Shown one piece after another: positions 34,439 to 43,835 of a stretch of 64,000 bases of DNA. The DNA lies in the NCBI GenBank assembly GCA_036276755.1, contig DASUOG010000010.1, forward strand, positions 155 through 64,154, written 5' to 3'. Below the pieces are notes generated by a model. It was not told the origin of the DNA. It was given only the letters and a program-made list of their open reading frames with translations, and did not search any database. This DNA comes from Candidatus Saccharimonadales bacterium. Its GTDB lineage: Bacteria > Patescibacteriota > Saccharimonadia > Saccharimonadales > 2-12-FULL-41-12. Each line of letters opens with the position of its first letter. The stretch's first letter is position 1. The translations under genes and the position numbers were made by a program.

Positions 34439-35549
34439 TCAGTTAAAAAACAGCCATCCTAAATGCAAAGTCTCGATCATCACCGAACGTATGGGCATTT
34501 TTGAACATATCCTCAAGGAGTCCGATACAAGCTCGATCGACTCCATTCATTATATAAATGCCGGCAAATACAGAAGATACTACGGAGAAACATTGCTAAA
34601 AAAGGTGATCGATGTAAAAACCATCCTGTTTAATTTTCGGGATGCCTTCAAACTTCTTGTCGGAGTGGTAGAAAGTTTCTGGTTGCTGATTAGAATAAGA
34701 CCCAACGTAGTATTCATAAAAGGCGGTTATGTAGGAGTTCCGGTAGGCCTGGCTTGCCGTTTGCTCAGAATCCCATATGTCACCCATGACTCTGATGCAT
34801 TGCCCGGTCTGACCAACCGCCTGATCTCTAAAAAGGCCAAGGCGAATGCGGTCGGTATGCCAGTGGAGCACTATCCGTATCCTCCACATAAGACCGTATA
34901 TGTCGGCATACCCATAACTGATGATTTCCTACTCACGAGCGAAGAAACCAGGCGCAAGAAACGCCGGGAACTCGGTCTGAAATCTTCGGATTTTTTGATT
35001 TTAATTACCGGCGGAAGCAACGGTGCTTTGCGCTTGGATAAAATAGTCCATGATTCGCTTAAAACGCTACTTGAAAAAAACAAACAGCTTCATATCATCC
35101 ATCAGGTCGGCAAGGATAACAAGGATGTTTACTCCGATTATCCGGCGCATTTGCATTCAAGGATCCGCGTATCCGGGTTTTTCAAACCGCTGAGCGAATA
35201 TATCGCAGCATCCGACGCCGTGATAGCCCGTGCCGGAGCAACATCTATAACCGAAGTAGGGATGCAAAAGAAACCGCTAATAATAGTGCCTAATCCCTAC
35301 CTGAGCGGGGGACACCAGATAAAAAATTCTAAAATATATGAAGAAAAACAGGCGGTATTGGTAATAAACGAGCATAAGGCATTAGAAGATCCAAAACTTT
35401 TGCCAGCGGCAGTTACCAACGTCATTAATTCGCCTGATTTGGCGGCAAAACTCAGTAAGAATCTTTATGCCCTTATCCGAAAGGACGCTTCAAAAAAAAT
35501 AGCCCGGTTATTGATTGATATCGCTCGTAAGAAAGGCTTTGCAGATTGA
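34374..35549 (+). CDS. murG: UDP-N-acetylglucosamine--N-acetylmuramyl-(pentapeptide) pyrophosphoryl-undecaprenol GlcNAc transferase
   Basis: 391 aa. GGGSGGHITPLLAV and ..ARAGATSITE.. TTG start overlaps the ftsW 3' end; the true start may be slightly different. Confidence 0.88.
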   Translation: MKILLVGGGSGGHITPLLAVANQLKNSHPKCKVSIITERMGIFEHILKESDTSSIDSIHYINAGKYRRYYGETLLKKVIDVKTILFNFRDAFKLLVGVVESFWLLIRIRPNVVFIKGGYVGVPVGLACRLLRIPYVTHDSDALPGLTNRLISKKAKANAVGMPVEHYPYPPHKTVYVGIPITDDFLLTSEETRRKKRRELGLKSSDFLILITGGSNGALRLDKIVHDSLKTLLEKNKQLHIIHQVGKDNKDVYSDYPAHLHSRIRVSGFFKPLSEYIAASDAVIARAGATSITEVGMQKKPLIIVPNPYLSGGHQIKNSKIYEEKQAVLVINEHKALEDPKLLPAAVTNVINSPDLAAKLSKNLYALIRKDASKKIARLLIDIARKKGFAD

Positions 35550-36445
35550 AGAGACCGTTTAAGAATAGTAAACAAACCCGCAGAGTAAGGCTCGATAAAT
35601 CCAAGCCCAGACTATTTTTTTACGGGTCTGGACGCGGCAGCTCGCAGAAACCTGAACGCAGCCCAAACGCTTCTGAGCAGGACTATGCGATTTTGCAATC
35701 CAAATTTTCTAATATCATAAACTTCACAATAGCCGCAATCATCCTGATCGGCATAATATATATGTCGATTTTGCAGCCTGACGCGCAGGTCAAGCTAGAG
35801 GGCGAAAAGGTTTATCCCCGGGCCAAATCCAGCTATGAGGAAGGGATAAACCGCCAACTTAAGAGCTCTGTCTTTTATAGAAACAAGCTGACCTTTGATG
35901 CTGAGAGTTTGAGGAAAAAAATAGAAGCCGCGTTCCCTGAAGTCAATGAGACGAATATAGCCATATCTTTATTCCGGCACCGCCCGGTGGTTGAGATCAG
36001 GCTGGCCAAACCTACGACTAAACTAATTACTGAGGACAGGGTCTACATATTAGATGAAGAGGGGAGAGCTCTTTTCGAGCAAAAAGACGCATCCAAACAG
36101 CTGGATACGGAGTCTTTGTTAACTATTCGTGACAGCTCGGGGCAATCCATTGAATTAGGTAAGCCGGCGCTTGCGGAAAGCCAGATAGGTTATATCAGAG
36201 AAATCATCGGCCAAATGAAGGCCTATAAAAAGCTAAAACCACGTTTTTTTCTGCTTTCAAACGGAGGGACAGGTCTTAATGTGAGGTTTGACGGTCTGAG
36301 CTACTATGCAAGGTTCAGTTTTTATGCGGACCCGCGGCAGAGCAGCGGGGCCTTCATAGCCTTGTATGAACAGTTCAACCGCGAAGGGACTGCGCCTAGC
36401 GAATATGTGGACTTACGGATTCCCGAAAAGGCCTTTGTCAAGTAA
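35546..36445 (+). CDS. ftsQ: cell division protein FtsQ/DivIB-like
   Basis: 299 aa. Basic N-terminus, single TM helix and an extracytoplasmic POTRA-like region. Position after murG. Confidence 0.55.
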   Translation: MKRPFKNSKQTRRVRLDKSKPRLFFYGSGRGSSQKPERSPNASEQDYAILQSKFSNIINFTIAAIILIGIIYMSILQPDAQVKLEGEKVYPRAKSSYEEGINRQLKSSVFYRNKLTFDAESLRKKIEAAFPEVNETNIAISLFRHRPVVEIRLAKPTTKLITEDRVYILDEEGRALFEQKDASKQLDTESLLTIRDSSGQSIELGKPALAESQIGYIREIIGQMKAYKKLKPRFFLLSNGGTGLNVRFDGLSYYARFSFYADPRQSSGAFIALYEQFNREGTAPSEYVDLRIPEKAFVK

Positions 36446-37049
36446 TACTCCTCTGCTCTTCCAATGTTCGCTTTTTGTTCAACAATAGAATTTTAGTAAT
36501 TCTTTGGAAAAGTATATTTTAAATATAGAAACACCAAAATGTCAAAAAATCAAAAAATAGAGCAAGGCAGGGGACAAAAATAAAAAAAACTTATAAAACG
36601 TGAAAAAGCGTGAAAATGCAAACATGTTTGTGGAAAAGTCTAGAATATGGTATGGAATTATTTTGAGACACTAGCGGTTTCGAGAGGGCTTTGTCGTTAG
36701 AATGCAGGTTATATAAACAAGCAGACACATGAGAGGTGCAGCAGTGCCTTAAAACGATGTTTAGTCCATTAGGACATCATTACTCCCCTAGCATAAGAGG
36801 TATCCAGAACCCATCCGTACAGGATATATGCAGGTCGCAAAATATACATTGTGCGACGTTATATCTATCTATGGATCTGACTCTCAGATACTGCTGCTCT
36901 GCTTATATTTTTATCGTCTTGTATATTTTAGGTTCTAAAAATCACTCGACCCTGCTCTTTCAAGTCCGTACTTGCCGGCAACGTTGACATCCGGTTCTAT
37001 TTAGCCAAACTCATAAAATATATTGTTCGTATTTTGTTCAATAAAAACT

Positions 37050-37742
37050 TTAATCATAAGCTACTTGGTTTTCTATGGGTACTTCAGCTAACCAGTCTGC
37101 AACTGCATCTAGCTGTCGGCTACAAAGAGCCCCTAAAGAGGGGACGCTTTTTTTGAGTCTAGACATTTCACCATCGGGGGTGCCACTATGTGATAATATT
37201 TCTGGCAAGAAAAAAGTATCGCCGGGGTCTTTCCCCTCTTCAACTTTTACCCATGCTTTGAAACCACTATAACCTGCATATCCGTTTTTACCTAAGTCAG
37301 TATATGAGCTTACTATTCCTGGTACCAATGTAATACCTTCTATCTCTATAGCCTGTGAAGGCTCGACTATTGTAGCTGATGCGGAAGTCATTAATAATAT
37401 GTCGGAATCATCTTTATCTTCTGAAGGTCCGCCCATTATAACGATGCTCTCGCCTATAGCTTCTCCCAAAGAGCTACCATCAGCTTGCCTCAGTATGAAA
37501 TTTACCGGTTTTCGTACCGCAAAATTATATCTTGGCAATTTAAAAAATCCCCACTGACTAGGATCTATTTCCTGATCTTTTATATGTGCATAGTACTGAT
37601 CCAAATCAGATATTTCTACCGCATTGTCCGAACCTGGCATCAGTCGTTCGGATTCTTGAGCCAAACTTGCGGTAGGTACAATAAAGTTTGCTTCCCGTGT
37701 TTGAAGTTGCTTAGGCGGGGTTACTGAAGCTGGAAACCACAT
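37050..37742 (-). CDS. hypothetical protein
   Basis: 230-aa ORF in a visibly AT-richer segment. No family recognised. Confidence 0.5.
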   Translation of the reverse strand: MWFPASVTPPKQLQTREANFIVPTASLAQESERLMPGSDNAVEISDLDQYYAHIKDQEIDPSQWGFFKLPRYNFAVRKPVNFILRQADGSSLGEAIGESIVIMGGPSEDKDDSDILLMTSASATIVEPSQAIEIEGITLVPGIVSSYTDLGKNGYAGYSGFKAWVKVEEGKDPGDTFFLPEILSHSGTPDGEMSRLKKSVPSLGALCSRQLDAVADWLAEVPIENQVAYD

Positions 37743-37769
37743 AATATTATAAATATTATCTAGCTAGAT

Positions 37770-38795
37770 TTATTCGGCTAAGGCGTAGGTGGCTTTGGCA
37801 GTGCGCTTGAATTGCGGTTTGCCCTGCAGGTTCAAAAGGATGGTTGTCTCTTTTACATAGCGGCTTTTGAGCACGCGTTTGACTATCTCGTCCCGATGCA
37901 ATGGTTCGCCGGCTTCTTTTAATACTTCGGCTATTATATCGGCAACGGTTCCCTTCTTATATCCCCACTCCTTTAGTGCGTACACTCCCCTGCCGATCAG
38001 AACGAAGCGACCGTCTTTGATAAGCTCGTTATGAATAGCTTGTGTCGTAACATCTTTGCGCTTGAATTCTGACTTCTTGATGGCATCGGCTATCTCGCTG
38101 AAGTGCATATGCTTGCCCTGCTCTTTTAGGATGACATAAATCTTATCCCTGATGTTCTTCGGGTTCACGGTCGGCCATTTGATAAGTCCCCAAAGACCGT
38201 TAAGGGTAGCAAGATGTTTCGAGGTGCTGGAAAGCGCTTGTACGTGCTTAGGATTGTTATGGTCTATATGTTGGGCTATCTTCTCTATCTTGTGCGGTTC
38301 ACCAAGCGATTTTATAGCGCCGATTATGTCATTTACATGCTTACGCACCGTACCTTCGTCATGAACTTCGGTGATCGCTACTGATTGATGGAAGTGGTCG
38401 TTATCCGGTATGACGCTGAATTTCGGGCTTAGAGTGGCAAAGAACGCTACTCTGGACTGGTCGATCTTACTGCTTTCCTTGCCGATTATTTCATCGGTCA
38501 GCTTGGTTACTCTCGCAATGTTACCAAGTTCCACCAGATTGTCATGTACCGCTGATTCTACTTCGCTAAGTCCCGGTATATCGCCTTTTTCCGCATCGGC
38601 TTGCATACGCATTAGGATGGATTTTTCCAATTGCCTGACCCGTTCCCTGGTAATACCTAAGAATTCACCTATCTGTTCCAAGGTTTCTCTTCTGTCAAAT
38701 AGGCCGAAACGTCTCGAGATTATTTCACGCTCACGGTCACGTTCAATAGTCGAAAGGATGTTTGTGATCTTTTGTTCGATTTCTTTCTGAGTCAT
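37770..38795 (-). CDS. sigma-70 region-4-like HTH protein with two C-terminal HARE-HTH-like modules
   Basis: N-terminus ..REREIISRRFGL..TLEQIGEFLGITRERVRQLEKSILMRM.. matches sigma region 4. The C-terminus has two winged-helix modules (..HFSEIADAI..GRFVLIGRGVYALKEWGY.. and ..LHRDEIVKRVL..). Confidence 0.65.
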   Translation of the reverse strand: MTQKEIEQKITNILSTIERDREREIISRRFGLFDRRETLEQIGEFLGITRERVRQLEKSILMRMQADAEKGDIPGLSEVESAVHDNLVELGNIARVTKLTDEIIGKESSKIDQSRVAFFATLSPKFSVIPDNDHFHQSVAITEVHDEGTVRKHVNDIIGAIKSLGEPHKIEKIAQHIDHNNPKHVQALSSTSKHLATLNGLWGLIKWPTVNPKNIRDKIYVILKEQGKHMHFSEIADAIKKSEFKRKDVTTQAIHNELIKDGRFVLIGRGVYALKEWGYKKGTVADIIAEVLKEAGEPLHRDEIVKRVLKSRYVKETTILLNLQGKPQFKRTAKATYALAE

Positions 38796-38839
38796 GAAAT
38801 CTTCTTCCCTTCTAACAGGTGATAAAACAGCATATGTTT

Positions 38840-38868
38840 ATTATATAACTTTAATTTTTAATAGTCAA
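38840..38868 (-). promoter_or_regulatory. consensus sigma70-type promoter
   Basis: On the minus strand: TTGACT (38868-38863), 17-bp spacer, TATAAT (38845-38840). About 45 nt upstream of ATG 38795. Confidence 0.6.
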
Positions 38869-39003
38869 GTAATATTGTTTGATAATACTATGACAACACT
38901 TTTCACCTCTTTTGTGAACATTAGTATAACACGCTACCGTAAATGTCCAAAATATTCATTAGCATTATAAATGGAGGCTTTTGTGGATAAATTAGTTATT
39001 AAT

Positions 39004-41277
39004 TTAACCTCTGCGGCTTTTGCGTACAGGGGCGGAATCCAAAATTTCTTGAGCAGATTCTTTATCCAATTCTTCGTGTTTTATCCCCTTGGGAAGTTTA
39101 GCGTTCTTCTTACCGTCGGTTACATAAGGCCCGAAGGGTCCGCGGATAATCGCCAACCCACCCGGAAACTTCTTGATATATTTGTTGGCTTCATCCTGTT
39201 TTTTGGCTGCGTACAGCTTTCTGGCGGTTTCTTCGTCTATCGTATGCGGATCGTTCGGCTTGATAGAGACGAAGGTTGTCCCTATCTTTATATAGGGTCC
39301 GAACCGTCCTATGCTGGCGGTTATTTCCTGTCCGTCCTCGGTCTTACCGACGACCCGGGGTAACTCAAACATCTTAAGCGCTTGTTCAAGCGTGATCGTA
39401 TTGATGCTTGAACCCTCCGGCAAAGGAGCGAATTGCGGTTTATCTTTGTCTTCGGCGTCTCCTATCTGCAACATCGGCCCATAACGTCCGTACCGGGCAT
39501 AAACCGGTCTGCCGGTTTTGGGATGTTTGCCGAGATCACGGGCCTGGCTGGTTTCGCGGCGGCTGACTTTTTCCGACTCTTTGACCAGCGGCGCGAAGTC
39601 CTTATAAAAATCTTTTATGGTCTGATGCCAGACTGCTTCGCCTCCGGCAATCTTATCGAAGTCGGTCTCAACATGCGCCGTGAATTTATAATCCAATATC
39701 GGCGCGAAGTGCTTGGTAAGGAAATCATTAGTTACTTCTGCCAGGTAAGTCGGCAACAGTTTATTGCGTTCTACACCGGTGTTCTCGGTAGTTTTCCCCT
39801 GTTTGACGATACCGTCTTGTAAAGTAATAATTTTAAGCTCGCGCTTCTTGCCTTCTGAATCGGATTTCTTGACATAGCCCCGACTTTGGATGGTGGAAAT
39901 AGTCGGCGCGTAGGTGCTGGGACGGCCGATGCCTAGTTCTTCGAGCTTTTTCACTAGTGATGCTTCCGAATAACGACTGGGTGGCCGATCATAATATTGA
40001 TTGGCTTGGATCCGTTTCATATCCAGCGTGGAGCCGATCTGCAGGTCCGGTAGGATAACATCTTCCTTACCGGTGCCCCAGACCCTTGTATAGCCGTCAA
40101 ATTCCATGATTTCGCCCTTGGCTAAAAATGTTTCCGGCCGGGTAGAGATTTCTATAGATATTTCGGTTTTTTTGATCTTCGCGCTGGCCATTTGGCTGGC
40201 GATAGCCCGCTTCCAGATGAGCTGGTACAGTTTTTGCTGGGCGTCATCCGCCCCAGCTTTTTCCAACGCGAAATTAGTCGGTCGGATAGCCTCGTGGGCT
40301 TCCTGGGCACTGGTGTTTTTAGTCCGATATTGTCGCGACTGATGATAATCATTACCGAATTTTTCCTTGATGTATTTACCGGCCGAATCTATGGCCAGAT
40401 TGGACAGATTAGTGCTATCGGTACGCATGTAGGTTATTTGGCCCGATTCATATAATCTTTGGGCTACCGACATGGTTTGCCGGACACTAAAACCGAGTTT
40501 GATGGAGGCTTCCTGTTGGAGACTGCTGGTAGTGAACGGCGGACTGGGGTTGCGGGTACCGGATTTTTTTTCTGTACCGGCTATTTTAAATTGTGCGTCT
40601 TTGCAGCCATTGAGGAATTCCGTGGCGGTTTTATCGTCCTGGAGTGACTTGGGAAGTTCGGCTTTGAGTTCGCTGCCGCCTACCGCGAAGATGGCTTGGA
40701 CTTTATAACTGAAGCCGGGTTTGAATGCCTGGATTTCCCTTTCGCGTTCAACGATTAGCCTTACGGCTACCGATTGGACCCGGCCGGCCGATAAGCCGGC
40801 TTGGACCTTTTTCCAAAGCACGGGTGAGAGTTCGTATCCTACTATCCTATCGAGTACGCGTCTGGCCTGCTGTGCGTCGACAAGATTCTGATTTACCGAG
40901 CGGGGGTTCTTAATAGCTTGTTCGATGGCCGGTTTGGTTATCTCGTGGAAAACTATGCGCTTGGTGTGCTGAGGGTCGAGCTTCAAGGCCTGGCATAAAT
41001 GCCAGGCTATGGCTTCTCCTTCCCGGTCTTCATCACTAGCCAGCCATACTGACGTATTATCATCTATGGATTTTTTCAGCTCGCTGACTATCTTTTTCTT
41101 ATCTGCCGGTATTTCGTACTCCGGCTTGAAGTCGTTATCTATATCGACCGATAAGCCGGATTTGGGAAGATCCCGGATATGGCCGAAACTGCTTTTGACT
41201 TGATAATCGGAACCGAGGTATTTCTCGATGGTCTTTGCTTTGGCCGGACTCTCTACTATTACTAAGTTCTTACTCAT
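39004..41277 (-). CDS. topA: DNA topoisomerase I
   Basis: Toprim N-terminus MSKNLVIVESPAKAKTIEKYLG, SFGHIRDL and active-site ..ITYMRTDS... The likely start is 41277 rather than tracked 41301. Confidence 0.95.
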   Translation of the reverse strand: MSKNLVIVESPAKAKTIEKYLGSDYQVKSSFGHIRDLPKSGLSVDIDNDFKPEYEIPADKKKIVSELKKSIDDNTSVWLASDEDREGEAIAWHLCQALKLDPQHTKRIVFHEITKPAIEQAIKNPRSVNQNLVDAQQARRVLDRIVGYELSPVLWKKVQAGLSAGRVQSVAVRLIVEREREIQAFKPGFSYKVQAIFAVGGSELKAELPKSLQDDKTATEFLNGCKDAQFKIAGTEKKSGTRNPSPPFTTSSLQQEASIKLGFSVRQTMSVAQRLYESGQITYMRTDSTNLSNLAIDSAGKYIKEKFGNDYHQSRQYRTKNTSAQEAHEAIRPTNFALEKAGADDAQQKLYQLIWKRAIASQMASAKIKKTEISIEISTRPETFLAKGEIMEFDGYTRVWGTGKEDVILPDLQIGSTLDMKRIQANQYYDRPPSRYSEASLVKKLEELGIGRPSTYAPTISTIQSRGYVKKSDSEGKKRELKIITLQDGIVKQGKTTENTGVERNKLLPTYLAEVTNDFLTKHFAPILDYKFTAHVETDFDKIAGGEAVWHQTIKDFYKDFAPLVKESEKVSRRETSQARDLGKHPKTGRPVYARYGRYGPMLQIGDAEDKDKPQFAPLPEGSSINTITLEQALKMFELPRVVGKTEDGQEITASIGRFGPYIKIGTTFVSIKPNDPHTIDEETARKLYAAKKQDEANKYIKKFPGGLAIIRGPFGPYVTDGKKNAKLPKGIKHEELDKESAQEILDSAPVRKSRRG

Positions 41278-41354
41278 TCGTACCGCTAATGCTACTTTCA
41301 ATGACCGTCTCGGTCAAGCCTCAAGAGTAGTCGGTTTCGGTTGTATTTGCAAGT

Positions 41355-42341
41355 TTATTCGACAGTTTCTAAATGCGCTTGCTTCAAATAATAATTGAAT
41401 CTCACCTTATCCTTTTCGTCTTCTCTGTGAAGGGCGATATTATGGAACATCCTAGCCACGCCTTCTAGATCATCGGCTTCCACTAAGGATTTGAACAGCT
41501 GGTCTTTCATAAATATGCGGGCTTGATTATCTCGAGTTATGGCTCGCGGTATCCCCGGATGTATTACCTCCAGTATGGATGCGATGAAGTATCCTATGAG
41601 TTCTTGTCGGCTTATAGGTTGCCCCTCAGCGACCATTTGTCCGACGTGGTTTTTATACATGGCGGCATAATCCAGACCGGCCATCGACCAACTGCTGGCA
41701 GAGACCTTATTACAGGTTTCTTCTTGTTCGGCTAAATATTGGAAAACAGGATAATGCGCGCTACCTAAAGTAACCAAAGCTGAAACTTCTTCTTTGTTCC
41801 TTAATCTGGGGTGTTCTCTGATTTTGTCTGTAACTGCCGGCCCCAGATTTGTTACCATGATTATATCTCTCAGATTCGCGCCATTTCTCAGATCGACTAT
41901 CGAGTTATAGAATTCTTCTAGATGCCCCTCGTAATCATCAGAACTTGCCGTCGCTAAGTAACTATCAGGATCTCTTGGCAAATCCTCAGCCCGGGCATCA
42001 ATAAAAACTATTGGTTTAAAAGTACCACTTATTTCCTGGATCATTTGTTCGGTATAACCATCAATTTTAGGAGACATCCTTCGTTTTATTTTTTCAAGGC
42101 TTGCGCCACTGGCTTTGGTTATACGTGTATATCTTTCTTGCTCGTCCTCATCCCACGCTACAAGCTCTGGTATGAATATGTCACAATCGTCTAAAAGCTG
42201 GGCTGCGGCATCAAAATGACTGGCATCCGCATGTGGTCCGAACACAAAGTGTACACTGACATTTTCAGGCAGATAGCCTTCGCCTATCTCTGGCATTTCG
42301 TGGTGTTCAATAGGTGTGTGATATGCTTCCGGTGAACTCAT
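41355..42341 (-). CDS. hypothetical protein
   Basis: 328-aa acidic protein between topA and dprA. No family recognised. Confidence 0.55.
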   Translation of the reverse strand: MSSPEAYHTPIEHHEMPEIGEGYLPENVSVHFVFGPHADASHFDAAAQLLDDCDIFIPELVAWDEDEQERYTRITKASGASLEKIKRRMSPKIDGYTEQMIQEISGTFKPIVFIDARAEDLPRDPDSYLATASSDDYEGHLEEFYNSIVDLRNGANLRDIIMVTNLGPAVTDKIREHPRLRNKEEVSALVTLGSAHYPVFQYLAEQEETCNKVSASSWSMAGLDYAAMYKNHVGQMVAEGQPISRQELIGYFIASILEVIHPGIPRAITRDNQARIFMKDQLFKSLVEADDLEGVARMFHNIALHREDEKDKVRFNYYLKQAHLETVE

Positions 42342-42384
42342 GCAACAAACGATAGTATATTTTTATAAATTAAACAAAAGCAGT

Positions 42385-43245
42385 TTATTTGAGCCGCCAG
42401 TCGTTGTTGCCTAAAGGATGGATGAAGCCCTTTATCTCAAGCATAGACAGCGTCTGCTGGAATAAATTGACTTCCATTTTACTTAGCCTTAATAATTCGT
42501 CACCGCCATGCACGCCGGATCTTAGTAAATCCAATATAGCTGATTCCTGTTCATTATCTCCATAAATATCCAGCTGCTCAGGGTTTTGGGCCGGTATTTT
42601 CAAGACATCCAGTATGTCCTGTTCGTCAGTAACCATGATGGCTCCGGCCTTGAGTAGATTGTTGGTTCCCCGGCTGGTGGGACTATTTATATTCCCAGGT
42701 ACGGCCAATACTGGCTTGCCGGCCTCAAGTGCGAAGTTGGCTGTGTGCAGACTACCGCTTTTTTCTGCCGCCTCGGTAACTAAAAGCGCATCGGAGAGTC
42801 CGGCGATGATCCGGTTTCGCTGTATAAATGATTCCCGACGTGGCCGGAAGTCATCATCATATTCGCTGATAAGCCCGCCATCATTATTTAATATATCCTT
42901 CGCTAGACTTCGGTGGCCGGCCGGGTAGATGGCCCTTAAGCCGCCGGGAAGAACGGCTATCGTCTTACCTTTGGCCTGGAGCGTTGCCTTGTGAGCTAGG
43001 CTGTCTACTCCGTAAGCCAGGCCGCTTACTATACATACACCGGCTCGGGCAAGGCTTGCGGCCAGCTCCTGCGTAACTGTTCTACCATATCCGCTGACCT
43101 TTCGGGAACCGACAATGCCGAGCCTCGGCATATTGATCAGTTGCGTGACTCCGCCTATCACATTTAATCGGCCGGGAGGATTATAAAGTTCCTCCAGCTC
43201 ACGGGGGTATTCTTTAGCATTCCTGTCTATTCTAAGGATTCTCAT
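42385..43245 (-). CDS. dprA: DNA-processing protein DprA
   Basis: 286 aa. ..GIVGSRKVSGYG.., SGLAYGVDSLAH and ..EAAEKSGSLHTA.., followed by a C-terminal winged helix. Confidence 0.9.
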   Translation of the reverse strand: MRILRIDRNAKEYPRELEELYNPPGRLNVIGGVTQLINMPRLGIVGSRKVSGYGRTVTQELAASLARAGVCIVSGLAYGVDSLAHKATLQAKGKTIAVLPGGLRAIYPAGHRSLAKDILNNDGGLISEYDDDFRPRRESFIQRNRIIAGLSDALLVTEAAEKSGSLHTANFALEAGKPVLAVPGNINSPTSRGTNNLLKAGAIMVTDEQDILDVLKIPAQNPEQLDIYGDNEQESAILDLLRSGVHGGDELLRLSKMEVNLFQQTLSMLEIKGFIHPLGNNDWRLK

Positions 43246-43285
43246 TAACCTATAGTTGAAAAAAACACAATTTTATATTCAAGTA

Positions 43286-43314
43286 TTGACATAAAGAAAC
43301 ATTTTTGCTAAAAT
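43286..43314 (+). promoter_or_regulatory. consensus sigma70-type promoter
   Basis: TTGACA at 43286-43291, 17-bp spacer, TAAAAT at 43309-43314. Confidence 0.65.
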
Positions 43315-43320
43315 TGCAAC

Positions 43321-43718
43321 TTGTAAGTCCCGTATATTCGGGGTTTTGCACCTTACACCCTATCCGCCTATGGCGGATGTTAGATTGTTTTAGAGTGCAC
43401 TTCTAAGTGCAGGATGTACCTGGAAGTATTTACCCTCCACTTCTTAGTATATCTCATCCCGCTTATGCGGGGGCTCTAGAACAAGCTAACCCCTTTAACT
43501 ATTGCGGGCGTCTTCGGACGTCATTGCAGTACCCCGTTCGATGCGAGCCTAAACGGTTCCGTGATTGCCTAGCATACATCGGAGACACGGCCCTTTATGG
43601 AGTTTATGGGAGCCAGATGTTTCGCCGGGGTGGGTTGAAGGGTGTTTTTTTGGCTCGAACGGGTTTCGAGCCATGTAATGAACCTCCGGCGGTGCCCACC
43701 CCCTCCGGAGGTTCTTTT
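43321..43718 (+). ncRNA. candidate ~400-nt structured RNA of unknown class
   Basis: Bounded by the promoter above and a 10-bp-stem terminator (GAACCTCCGG..CCGGAGGTTC+TTTT, 43680-43718). Contains many local hairpins, including a C(UUCG)G tetraloop stem at 43506-43521, and a long-range helix 43348-59/43631-43. The overlapping ORFs look non-coding. Confidence 0.5.
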
Positions 43719-43835
43719 CATTGTTAACGACGGTTCCCTAGTGACTACAAAACAGTTCACTGAACTGCCAAGCCTACAGGGTTCTATGTTTGACAAATAC
43801 TAAAATATATTATTATGATATACTAAACAACTATT

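Noticed and set aside
36736-36987. 83-aa ORF in the post-ftsQ spacer.
   Set aside because: It is Cys/His/Tyr-rich with low-complexity composition, has no SD or promoter context, and lies in an AT-rich non-coding-looking block.
43321-43718. Possible tmRNA, RNase P RNA, SRP RNA or T-box leader.
   Set aside because: - tmRNA: no 5' GGGG acceptor, no T-arm with CCACCA, and no Ala-rich tag ORF. The only candidate reads AVPRSMRA.
- RNase P: AAGTCC occurs only 5 nt after the predicted start, leaving no room for P1-P3. The AGAACAAGCTAA segment is in the wrong order.
- SRP RNA: no GGAAGCAGCC.
- T-box: no AGGGTGGNACCGCG.

Kept as an ncRNA of unknown class.
43407-43796. Tracked ORFs 43407-43727 (+, 106 aa) and 43569-43796 (-, 75 aa).
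   Set aside because: They overlap a hairpin-dense region bounded by a promoter and a terminator. Their composition is unlike the other proteins here, and they have no SD or leaderless promoter context.
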